Assembly: GCA_907165135.1 (NCBI GenBank)
Contig: OU015569.1
Location: forward strand, 12,152,001 to 12,216,000
Direction of reading: 5' to 3'
DNA from: Oikopleura dioica
Taxonomy: Eukaryota; Animalia; Chordata
Length of the DNA stretch: 64,000 bases
Of this stretch, positions 10,705 through 22,200 are shown piece after piece. The translations under genes and the position numbers were made by a program. The stretch's first letter is position 1, and each line of letters begins with the position of its first letter. The notes under the pieces were generated by a model. The model was not told the DNA's origin and did no database searches. It worked only from the letters and a program-made list of their open reading frames with translations.

Positions 10705-13550
10705 TTACAGTCTTCGAGTTTTAGTCAGAGTAATTGAATAAGCTTGCGGCAGAAGATACCATTTTTCTGTTTCCATGTTGAATTTTTCGTTCACTAACTC
10801 AAGAAACTCGTTGTTGTCTCCATAAAAAACAAAGTCGTTGTAGCTGTTGTAGCAGTCTTTCATCATTTCTTCATTGGCGTAGAATTCTCTGGAAACAGGA
10901 ATTCTGATTTGAGAGCCAGAATGGGCGATGAGAGTGTTTTGGAGAATGAATTCGGAGTTTTCGATTCGGTCCAGCACCATTTGGTGGAAAAGAATTGAAG
11001 AGTCGGGATTTAGATAGGCGCCGGTGACGGTTAGAGGACGGGAGAAGACGAAGTTGCCATGGAGGAGGACTGAATTTAAGTTTTATTTGATCTTTACCTT
11101 CGAGTTCATAGCCTTGCTCAAAATCAAAATTGGCATTTATCAAGTCGTCGCTTGTGCTTTCTTGTGTTATAATTAGCCATCCACTTGGGTTCAAATAAGT
11201 CCTGAACTTGAATCTTCTGAGAAGCATTTCAATTTCGTTGCTTTGAAATTGTTGTTCTTCGAATTTCGGATTGAGATTGAAGCCAGCCAAACTCCGCGGA
11301 TAAATCAGCATTGTCAGTTTTGTGAAGATTTTTTCCAGATTAAAAAATTCTTCCATTTCCCAATCTCCAATTTTCAAATCATTTTTGAGTGCCCATCTCA
11401 AAAGCACCGAAACAGAAATGGGTACACAAAGATCGCTTTCTTTTTGGTTTAAGGGATCACCCCCCGATTTTCCCAACTTTGACCCCTATCTACTTTTTAC
11501 TCGTCTTGCGTGTGGGCCTGTATAGGGGCTCAAATTGAAGCCCGTTTCTTGACGAGCAAATGCATGCATGATAAGCCCCTAGTTATAAGATTTACTTATG
11601 CATTAGAGGCTGTCAAAGTGACTTAGGTTGCCAAAAACGGCCATTTTCGGTCATTTTCAAGTTGTATCTACTTTTTTTTGGGCTTATGTAGTTCCAAAAT
11701 TTCTTCAGTTTTATAACGTCTAGACCCTCGGCTACATTTGCATGCATGATCATGATGATTGAAAAAGTAGAAAATTTTTTTCTTATTATAAAACTTTCAG
11801 CCGTCATTTTAGCGATTTTTTGGAGTCTTTCTGCTCTCTAGCGCCACCAAGAGATGAATTTCTTTCTCGAAAACTGTTTATTTCTTGATAAGGGCGTTAT
11901 ATGCTTTCAAATAAGCCCCTATTCGCCTCGTTATGAAGACATTCAAATTTTGAAAAAATCGAAAATTTCTGCTAAGTATAGAGTGTAATGCAACTTCAAC
12001 GCGCTCTCACGAGAAATCACGTGATCTAAGGGCCTTGACATAATGGTAAAAAATGACCCTCAGATCATGGAGAATTTAAATATGCACCGCTCGATACTTT
12101 TTGGGAAAATTTTTCGGATCGGGGGGGGATCCCTTAAAACATTCTTCGTCACATTTTTGAAGTCGAAATTGATCTGTTTTGTCAGTTTTTGTTTCAGACT
12201 GGCCATTGCAGTTGATTTCGTCAAATTCGGATCGTCTAAGCAAAAATCAGAAGACGCGTTTTCAAGAGAAATGATTTTTGACAAGTTTTGGATTTCTGAG
12301 ATTGATGGTCTTTCGTTTGAGAGCCAGCCAGCATTGCAAGTCTAAGAAAGGTTATTTTCTTAAATAAAAAGTAAAGACTAACCTCAAGTTCTTGTTTGAT
12401 GATTTCTCTTTCTTCTTCTTCGATTGGTTTGAATAAAAGAGTCCAGGCCGTCTTCCACTCGCAAAGAATCAAAATATGAGGAGAAGATCCAAGCCCTCCG
12501 AAGTATTCGCCTATCTGCCCGCCAGTAGAAAAAGCAGGAGACCCCGCATCTACGAAAAAAAAGAGATAAAACACGAGCATTTTTCAACAAGCTCAAAACT
12601 TACATAAACAGTAGGTATTTCTAAATCTGCTTCCTCTCCTCGCGTAACCCATCTCCCGATAACTCTCTCGTCCAGTTAATTCGCAAATAATGCTGAAATC
12701 GATCCATTTTGCTTCTCTATTTTTCAGAAGGACATTTTCCGGCTTCTCATCGTAATGCCAAATTCCAATATTCCCCAAATACTCGTATCCCTCTTGTACG
12801 CCAATCGCAATTTTCTTCCTTTCGTCCAAATTCAACTCATTATTCTTCAATTTGCATCTCAAATCCGCGTCGCATTTCTCCATAATCGTGATCCAGCCAA
12901 CACAGTCTTCTTTTTTAAAGTCGCTGCTCAAAAACACTTCGATGTTGCAGAAATTCTTGATCACGTTTTTGTGAAAAGGAATCACCCGGGCATTGCCTTT
13001 TTTCTTGTTTTGGGCGATTTCGTATTCTAAAAAAAAAAATAAAAAAATATAAGAAATTAAAATTACCTTTCGAAAGATGAATTTCAAAGGCAAATTCTTC
13101 ATTCTCCGCAAACAGCGCCGGATCAAACGCCTGCACCCGAACGGCCACTTCCAATTCTCCGAATTTTTCTTTCAAAACAATCGCTTCTCCTCCAGCTGAA
13201 ATCGATTCCAAAGAGTCATCTAGAATCCATTCTCCGATTTCTTCTTTTAATTCCGAACGTTGAATTTTTCGTCCTTCGAAGCCTGGATTTATCGAAAGAA
13301 TCATTTTTTGAAATGAAGTTATTTCCCATTCTTCCTCATATCTTCCAGACAGCTTTCCTTTTCCATGTTCGAAAATTACCTCCTCCCATCGACCACAACG
13401 ATCATTTTCAAACTGCATTCTGTCCATCGACAAAATCAACCTGTCCAAATCATTTCTGCTCGTTTTTCTCTTCAATTTCTTTTTAAAATCTTCCAGCCAT
13501 TTCTCAACAACTTCTCCTGTCAGTTCTTCTGGATGCGTTGAAATTTTCAT
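10705..13550 (-). pseudogene. Divergent kinase fused to a papain-like domain, copy B; interrupted by a TTAA element
   Basis: Paralogous exon by exon to copy A (HYDEKPEN, DFS, NQKESDLC, FHQMVL...QNT). The insertion 11453-12133 splits KNVL|NQK. Confidence 0.75.
11453..12133. mobile_element. Kolobok-like non-autonomous element
   Basis: TTAA TSD (11449-11452, 12134-12137); 16-bp TIR gggatc(a/c)ccccccgat. The site is empty in copy A. Confidence 0.85.
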
Positions 13551-13996
13551 TTTGTATAAAAAGCGATAACCAAAATTCGGAAAGAGTGATTTCAAAATGT
13601 TTTTCAATCGCGGAAGATCGTAAGCTAGCGAGAGACCGCACTTTTGACTCTGAGTTTACGACTTCTTTTTATTATCACAATTCAAAGTAGGGAACAATAG
13701 TCTATAGACAATAATGTGGAATTTAATCAATTTGAAGACATTTGGCTTTCAATTTTTTAAAATATTAATTGTCTTTATTTAGATTCTAATTTATAAGAAC
13801 CAATGCAACAGACACATAAATATTTTGACATTAAATTCGCAGTTGCAAGTTCAAATAGCTAAAATCGCAAAGGGTGAAAACTTGGCAGAGGATTTGCCTT
13901 TTTTCGCCGGTCAATATTTGACTCTGGAAAGGGTCCCAGTTTTTAGGGTCCCACTCATCCAAGTCGAGCAAAAGCAAGAAGAGAAAAAGAAAGAAG

Positions 13997-14722
13997 ATGA
14001 AATTTTTATTCTTTTTAGTTTCCTGCTTTCTAGCGCAATTTGAAGACCAAAATAGAGACGCTTGCAATGAAATTGGTACGAAATTTTTCACGGGAAATAT
14101 GAGGGTCTCAATTTTCAAATTTAGATTGCAACTACTTCCAGGATCCGTTTTCTTGGCCTTCTTGCTTTGTGAGAGGAGATGTGGCTGTAGATCTGTCCCT
14201 TCATCCCTGCAGGTTCTAGAGTCTTCCTTGCTGGGCTCGGCAACCTGAGTAGAAAACCTGAGTCAGCTTCTGAAAGAGCAAAGATGAAAAGCCGCGTATT
14301 TTTGCTCTTTCAGACCCTGACTCAGGTTTTCTACTCAGGTTGCCGAGCCCAGCTTCCTTGTACTAGTCGATTTGGAGCGTTTTTGTAGGTTACTCCTCGC
14401 TGATTGCAAAAAAGAGCCGTTCTACGCCGGAAAGTGCAGAAAAGAAGAATACGGCGATCAAATTATAATTTCCGTCGAATCCGAATACGGGTAAGTTTTT
14501 GCTCCAAAAGAAGAGGATAATTTGATATTTAGGCTTTGCGAGCCGAGTTACTGTAGCAGAATCGGCGTTTGCTTTTACGAGTACTTTGACACTTCCGTTT
14601 GGAAATGCATGTAAGTCTCTTTCAAGAAATTAAGTTTTGTTAATTAATTTTCAAGCTGCCCGACTGGCTACCACGGAGAACACTGCCAACACAAGTACGT
14701 CGCCCGATACCGCAATGGATAA
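13997..14722 (+). CDS. Small secreted protein with a C-terminal EGF-like domain (5 exons)
   Basis: Exons 13997-14075, 14125-14212, 14389-14490, 14533-14610 and 14656-14722 join in frame via GT-AG. They end in CEPSYCSRIGVCFYEYFDTSVWKCICPTGYHGEHC, a six-Cys EGF pattern. Confidence 0.8.
14231..14352. mobile_element. MITE family 1, short intact copy in an intron
   Basis: Near-perfect TIRs; 8-bp TSD cttccttg at 14223-14230 and 14353-14360. Confidence 0.9.
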
Positions 14723-14825
14723 TGGAAATCGACACTTTTTTTGTTTGAAAGACAGCTTGTATTTCTCGAACAAAAAGTGACTTTCACAATAAAAAATGAA
14801 AAAAAAATCAAACTTCCATGTAAAT

Positions 14826-15860
14826 GTTTGGGCTCGAAAACCTGGGTAGAAAACCTGAGTCAGGGCCTAAGGTCCTAAACTGGCTTTAAGGAAAAGCGGT
14901 GTGGAAGACCCTGACTCAGGCTTTAAACACAGGCTTGCGGCTGGGCACGGCAGCCTGTCTTCAAAACCTGAGTCAGGTTTTGAATACCTCAAATAAAAAG
15001 CCGCGTAGCGGCTATTTTAAAAACGAATCCTTTTGCGGCTACGTTTTTTAAAAAGCCGCAACGCGGCTTCTCATTTTAGTTCTTCAAAACCTGACTCAGG
15101 TATCCACACAGGTTGCCGAGCCCAGGTTCGCAGACCCCAACTTGTTTCATTGAAAAGAAATCGATTTAAACTTAAATTTGGGAAATTTTATTACAGGTAT
15201 TTATATAAAAATTAAAAAAAAAAGGAAATTGGTAACTGTACATTTTTATGAGGGTCGTTCGGTCTTGACATGAGGTTTGGCTGAAACGTCTTAATTCTCC
15301 AAAGCTTCGTTCACCGCGAAGAGACCCAAATTGTACATCCAGCGCTGCATACTTTGCATTAACTCGAAAGCGTTTACGTACACTTCTCCTGAAAACAAAT
15401 CCAGTCAGAAAAGAAACAACAACTTTGAGCTTTATCAAATGAGCTATCTTTCAAAAGCAAAAATTAATAGTCTTCAGAAGAGCTTTGATATAAAAGAGTT
15501 TTCAGGAACCTGTGTAGAAAACCTGAGTCAGGTTTTGAAAGATTTTTATGAAAAGCCGCGTAGCGGCTTTTTAAAAACGAAGCCGCAAAGCGCATTCGCC
15601 AAAATTACTATTTCAATCATTTTTTAATTCTGACCACACTGTGTAGAAAACCTGAGTCAGGTTCTGAAAAAGCTGAAATGAAAAGCCGCGGAGCGCTTTT
15701 AAAACGAAGCCGCAAAGCGGCTTCGCTAGAGTATAAAAAAGGTTTTAATTATAATTTAGCGAATCCGCTTCGCGGCTTCGTTTTAAAAGCCGCTCCGCGG
15801 CTTTTCATTTAATCTCTCAAGGTCTGACTCAGGTTTTCTACACAGGTTTGCGAGCCTAGA
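14826..15860. mobile_element. Cluster of about four MITE family 1 copies
   Basis: Repeated aaaacctgagtcagg / cctgactcaggtttt arms with aagccgc..gcggctt hairpins. Confidence 0.85.
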
Positions 15861-15876
15861 TTCTGAGCTACAGGGC

Positions 15877-17275
15877 CTAGCTACTTAAAAAATCTAGATT
15901 ACCTTCGTTCATTATGCTGCGCAGAGCTTCATTGTCGAGAGAATTGATTGCTTCAAGATCTTTAGAGAGATTGGCGAGTGGATTGTCCAACAACATCGGC
16001 GCCGGGGATGATTTTTCGTGATCTTCTTTCGTCGATTTTTCTTTGTTCGAGTAGCGACAAGTTTTGGGGAAGCGATTCGACCATTGGCAGGCGCCCTTGT
16101 TGTGGCAGAAACATCTGTTGGACCTGGAGTTTTCGCCGCAAGTGATGTTGCAACGGACTCGGTTCTTTGTCGCGTTGCATTCCCACTCGGCATTGTCGGG
16201 GAAGCGAGGGCAGGAGGCGAATTGGGGGAAGACGTTGATGAAATCGGAATTCGCAAATTGGGATCTCGGGGAATCAGCTGAGAAAAGCTCTGGTTTTTCG
16301 GGAAGTGGGACTTCTATGATTTCGTACTCTTCCTCCTCCAATTCTTCTTCTTCTTCTTCCTCTTCTTCTTCATCATCGTAATTCGGAAGGGATGGAATAT
16401 TCATGTCGATATCCATGTGCATGTACTTCAAGTATTCAATCGTCGACTTGGGTTTCTCCGTCGTCGTTGCTTCCTCCGTCGTTGTTGCCTCTGTCGTTGT
16501 TGTGCTTGTCGTTGTTGTCGATGTTGTTGTAGAAGTTGTGGTAGAAGTTGTTGTGGTGGTGGTGGTTGTTGTTTTTTTCGTGGTGGTTTTCGGAGGACCT
16601 ACTCTTGGCGGCCTCCAGCCCGAGTTCCACCTTCCTACTACCGGAAGTGCCGCTTCGCACTCGTCGTTGAGATCCGTGTCCCAGGAACAGCCAACGTACA
16701 AGCTCACGAACCCAAGCTCGCGGTAACACTTGCACATTCTCGTCCCCCTTCTCTTCTGTTTTTGCATTTTAGCTTGCAAATCGCTTCGTTTCCGACGCCG
16801 TTTTCGCACTCCCACTGGCCGCATTCTTTCTTGTTTTTGCAGATGAAAGTTTTTCTTCTTCGCAAACATCTTCCTGAAATAATTTATTCAGAAAAATTTC
16901 TTTTTCAAATAATATTTTTATTATTAATAAAATTTTAAAATTTGATTTTTAATAAAAAATTATTCACGAATATGAAAATTTTATTAAAAATCTTTTACTA
17001 TTTTAAAAATTATTTATTCTAGTTTTTTGATAATTTATTACCGCTGGTTTTTCCTCCATCGTAAAAATTCCAGATTGAGCATTATTTTTGGCGATGTTGA
17101 TTTTGAAATGACATCTGGATTTTCTGCGATTTTCGGCTTCGGAATCTCTGTGAGGACTTTCTGCTCTTCTGGCGTTTGTCTGGTGATGTGCGAAGCGTGT
17201 CCTAGAATTTTTTCTCTAGAAACGAAGCTAGAAGTGACTTTTACCGGACAATAAAAGGCCGACGAACGTTTTCAT
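15877..17275 (-). CDS. Probably secreted mucin-like protein: basic region, Cys module, poly-Thr, poly-Glu, second Cys module
   Basis: Exons 17275-17245 (MKTFVGLLLSG), ~17200-17040 and 16873-15877 join in frame. Contains CPRFPDNAEWECN...CNITC...CFC...CQW. Confidence 0.65.
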
Positions 17276-17579
17276 CTTTTTCGCAATTCTCTCTCTTTTT
17301 TACAATGTATAGCCTAATCTTGGATGAAAGGGCTTTATAGCGGAGCTCTTTGGCGCCGCCTGAAAAATCGCGAAAGCGAAAACAGCGCCCGTCGCCAGCG
17401 CGGACCCTTGACGCTATCATTTATTCACTTTCGCCGCCAACGAACACTAAACAAGCTTTATTTACACTCGCTGAAAAGGATGTTTCTATATCCGAATACT
17501 ATTTTCCACTAAATTAAATAATCGAATAAGTCGTTGAATACAACAATTGTTTTTGGAACAGTTCTGCTTTGAGCTAGAG

Positions 17580-17920
17580 CAGCTTTTGACGGAAAAGGTT
17601 TCTTTTCGAAAAGTTTTAACTGAGCTGAGCTATAAAAGCTCAGATCGAAATTGAGCTGAGCTGAGCTAGGAGCTTCGTAGAAATTGGTGAACTAAGCTGG
17701 CATCTTTTAGAACTGAGCTTATTGAACTGATTTCGATTTAAATCTTGGTCAGCATATTGAGCAGAGTTTCGACTAAAAGCTGAGCTGAGCTACATATTTT
17801 CCAAAAATTACTGAGCTGAGCCAGAGTTGCAAATTTTGTGAGCTGAGCTATCCGAGCTCTACCTCAGCTCAGCAATTTTGAGGTGACGGTCAGCTCAGCT
17901 CAATTTTTGAAAAAAATTCG
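17580..17920. repeat. (CTGAG/CTCAG)n-rich degenerate MITE
   Basis: Dense gagct pentamers plus the cagagttgcaaatttt terminus shared with 25030-25254. Confidence 0.7.
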
Positions 17921-17944
17921 TATGTTATTTTAAAAGCTATTCGA

Positions 17945-18220
17945 ATTTTTTCTGAAGAACTTTATTTCCTACCAAGCTAATGATTGTCACCCTTCTCAAT
18001 ACTGGTGAATAGGCTTTTCAGAATAGCTGATAATCTGGCATCTTCCGAATTTCTAATAAGAATTTATAATATTATAATAATACAATATTATAAATTGTTA
18101 TAATAATAAAATTCGGAAGATGCCAGATTATCAACTATTCTGAATAGCCTATTCTCTAGTATTGAGAAGGATGAAAATCATTATCTGGGTAGGAAATAAA
18201 GTTCTTTCGAAAAATTATTC
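17945..18220. mobile_element. AT-rich foldback element
   Basis: Inverted arms such as aagaactttatttcctacc / ggtaggaaataaagttctt and atctggcatcttccgaattt / aaattcggaagatgccagat. Confidence 0.75.
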
Positions 18221-18662
18221 AATCAACAGTTGATCATTCAAATTTGCGGTTTATCATTAATGCAATTTCAATTAATTCGATTGAAATGCTCTATTTGAAA
18301 TAATATTATTATCAAACCGCTTTTTCGCGAACACAAAATTAATTCACCTATGGATAGACGTTCTTTAGACATATTTATGGTGCTTTATTCCCTACGAAAC
18401 TCTTGCTTAAACGCCAAACACATCGTTCGCTTGATATTTTGGAGAAATTTGTTTCTTGTAAAAATAAAGCGGGACATGGAAAAAGGGTCTTTTATTGAAT
18501 GTAGTCGACTAGTTAGCTTGTCTTATCGTCGTGTTTCGAGAGAGGAGACTTCAAGTTGTGTTTGTCTCGTTCGTGTACAGCTCCGCTTGAAATTTGGGAT
18601 AGCTATTTTTATCGAGGGCGATTGGACAGTTTTTAGCGGAGGAGCGACTGTTTCCGAGGGGA

Positions 18663-18809
18663 GGTGTCTGGAACCGACAAAAGATTTCGACAAATTTTGC
18701 GTGGAAATTTTCAACCAATCAGAAGCCTGGATTTGGCGAACCGGCCAATCAGCAGCCGAGTAGCCGCCTACGCAAAATTTGTCGAAATTTTTTGTCGGTT
18801 CCGGACACC
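18663..18809. mobile_element. MITE family 2 (~150 bp); further copies at ~21620-21754, ~25896-26040, ~29829-29977, ~39750-39897 and degenerate at ~37860-38170
   Basis: ggtgtctggaaccgacaaaa..ttcgacaaattttgcgtg TIR with internal CCAATCAG boxes. Confidence 0.85.
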
Positions 18810-19266
18810 ATCCCGTTTCCGAGCGACAAAATTTGCGTGGAACTGGTTTCAAGAAGCGACACTTTCTGAGCGACAAATCTGAGCGACAAAAAATTACGCC
18901 AATCAAAAACCTGTATTCGTCGTACCAGCCAATCAACTGGCGGTATTTTTGGTAAGATTTTGTCGCTCAGAAATTGTCGCGTCGTGAACCCTTTTCATTT
19001 TTGTCGCTTTTCGTCGCTTTCCCTGTATTTGGCCAATAAGCGATTGAAAAGCGGCCAACGCAAATTCGGTCGCTCTGAAATTGTCTTGTAGGCTTATTTT
19101 TATAATTTTAATCTTTTAAGGAAAATAAGTATCGTGAAGATAAGGGTGTCACCGTGCAATGACTAAATTGCAATCTTTTTGACAAAATTCAGAAAGAGAC
19201 GGGTTATTATTTAGTTATCCCACGACAGGTTTGAGGTTTGGTCTTCGTCTTCGGTTAAAACTTGAA

Positions 19267-22200
19267 TTAAGGACTTTTCTTTTCGCTGAGTTCAACTGTA
19301 CCTATTGCGCGCACGTCCAAGCAAGCCTGGTGATTAGTTTTGGCGAAGCTTCTTTGTTTCTTCATATTCTCCAAATATCGCCTCGTGCTGCTCGAAATCA
19401 GCTGGAGCGAAATTAAGTTGAAATTCAAAATGATTATTTTTACTTACTTTGAATCGCGTTTGAAACTCGGAGGCGAAGAAAGAGTAGAAAAGAGGGTTGA
19501 TAGCTGAAAAAAGGAAAAAACAACTGTTTGGGTAGGTAACTTAGCAACCTGTGTTGAAAACCTGAGTCAGGGTTTGAAATATCTTTCATGAAAAGCCGCG
19601 CAGCAGCTTTTCTTAAAGAAAGCCGCAACGCGGCTTTGCCAGAATTTAAGGGTATAGTCATCAATCGGCCAAATCGACGACTAAACCCTTACTGTAGCTT
19701 ACTGTACCTGGCAGGAGCCAGATGAGAGCATCAACAGTCGTTTTAAAGCGATCGCAGTGGCTTCGAGATAGGCGAATATTCCAAACGCGCATGATGTGAT
19801 AAATCTAACGAAAAGGACATTCCGAGGACTAGAACTTTTTCTTATCCGAATTACATGAAAGGGGGTGTAGCAAACAACGAGGCCCAGCATCAAGCTTGAA
19901 ATCATGTAAACAGATCTCCGGTTGATTCCCCTGAAAAGCAAACATAAATTAATCAATCTTTCAAAGCGCTAGAATCCGTCGAAGCTGGTTAATTATTTTC
20001 TGGAGTGGACCAACTTGCCTGTTTGTATTGCCGACAAAGTTTGTCTTCGAATGACCGACGAGTTTCTTCTGAAACGGCAAAAATGAAGTTGATCAATCAA
20101 TTTTTCATTTTCATGGGTTTTGATTAGTAAATACCTTTCAAAAGGGCTCAAGAGAAAGAAACTGAAATTTCTTGCTCTTTTTCTCATATAATGAGCGTAG
20201 AGACACCCTTATTTTTTCTCAGAATCAAGAACCTGACATTTAAACCTGTGTAAATACCTGAGTCAGAAAGTTTGAAAGCTTAGTCCTGATTCTGGGAAGA
20301 AAAAATAAGGGTGTCTCCATGATAATGAAATATTATGAAATATTAACAAAGAGACACCCTTATTTCTTATACTCAGAATCAAGGATGACATTTAAACCTG
20401 TGTAAAAACCTGATTCAGAGAGTTTTAAGCTAAGTCATGATTCTGGGAAGAAAAATTAGGGTGTCTCTATGTTAATATCATAATATTTTATTAGCATAGA
20501 GACACCCTAATTTTCTCTTCCCACAATCAAGGATGACATTAAAGCCTGTGTAAAAACCTGAGTCAGAGAGTTTAAAAGCTTAGTCTTGATTCTGGGAAGA
20601 AAAATAAGGGTGTCTCTATCTTATTAACATATTTCATTAACATAGAGACACCCTTATTTTTCTTTCCTAGAATCATGACTTAGCTTTTGAACTCTCTGAC
20701 TCAGGTTTTTACACAGGTTTAAATTTGAGGTTCTTGATTCTGAGAATGAAAAATAAGGGTGTATCTTTTCTTTTTCTCAAGAATCTGGAGCGCCCTAATC
20801 CTGCGATTTGACGATCTTGCAGAGGAGGGAGCCGTAGCTCAGCAAAAAGCAGACAATTGGCAAGAAATAGCCGAAAACGAAGAGACAGATGATGAAATCT
20901 ACTTTTCGGTTACTTTGCCCCTCTGTTACTGCCAGTCGCAGTCTGTTACTGTAGCTCGAACCGAATGTCTGAATAGGGCTGGGTGCTTTTGCATCCGCAC
21001 TCGTGGAAATCCGATGATCCGATGTTAAGGTCGTTCAATGAAGAAGAATCGTCGCTAAAATGAATTTTTAAAAACGATCGACTTCAATTTTTGTCAACTT
21101 GAAATTCGAAGAAGAGTCGTTTTTGATCGGCTTGCACTCCATTTTGCCAGTTTTGCTCCAGTCTGAAAAGTTCAATTTTTTTAAGTTGAAGACTTTGGTG
21201 TAAACTTTATGTGCCTGTTTTATGCAAACAAGTGCACACTTTTACATCACGTTTACAATTCCTTTATCAGCTACTTGTCTAACCAGGCTTTAGTCTTTAT
21301 CACTTCTGAATTTAGCGGCAGACTGCACGTTTTCAGAAATAGCCCACTTCCCACGTTTTTTATCAACGTATCCGAAAAGGATGCAGATCGGAGAGCACGT
21401 GACCCTGACTGTTCAACCCGTTGTTTGACAACTAAAGGATTGGTGATAAGGAGGCTGAGTTGGAAAAGAAAGAATTACTTTTTGGTCTTCACCATTTTCA
21501 ATTTGCGACAAAATTTGAGTAGGTAGCTATCCGAAGCTGCTGATTCGCTGGTAAGCCAAATATAGGCCTCTTATTGGCTGAAATTTCATGCCAGCCAATG
21601 AGGGGCCAAGTAGCGGGCTGGCGCCAGGAACCGACAAAAAATTTCGACAAATTTTGCGTGGGCGGCTACTCGGCTGCTTCCTCCGAATCCGGGCTTCTGA
21701 TTGGTTGAAAAATTCCATGCAAAATTTGTCGAATTTTTGTCGATTCCAGACACCTCCCTCAAGTAGCTGACCACGCAAATGATGTCGCTCAGAGATTGTC
21801 ACCTCTGAACTAGGCTCGGCAGCCTGTGCATTTAAACTTTGTCAGGGCCCTGACTCAGGTTTTAAACACAGGCTGCCGAGCCCAGTTTCCGACACAAACA
21901 AGAAAAGACTTCTATCTTACTTATTTATCTTCGTAAATTGAATATTAAGTAGAGTATTGTCTCGCTTGTAAACAGCATTCGCAATTTGAGTGTTAGATAA
22001 TTGAATCGACTCCAACAAGAAGGTTGTAGCTTGAACACGAAACAAATCTTCTTGTTTTTAATTTCAACTCGTCAATTAGAAGAAAGTCCCAGAACTCGAA
22101 AAATTAACAGATCTGGAATCGATGTCCGGCCGCGGAAAAAAACATCCTTGGGAAAAACACGACTTTTTTGGAGAAAGTTATTTTTACTTCAATCAGCGAA

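Noticed and set aside
11845-11865. CTCF-like motif (GGTGGCGCTA on the minus strand)
   Set aside because: Only half of the consensus matches, and it lies inside a transposon.
11449-12137. Introner-like precise splicing of the exon-inserted elements (also 2011-3534)
   Set aside because: No register within either TSD gives G(T/C/A)...AG ends for exact removal.
20197-20766. CRISPR-like repeat-spacer array
   Set aside because: Repeats of ~123 bp are TIR-bounded TE units, one is inverted, and the spacers are AT-rich filler.
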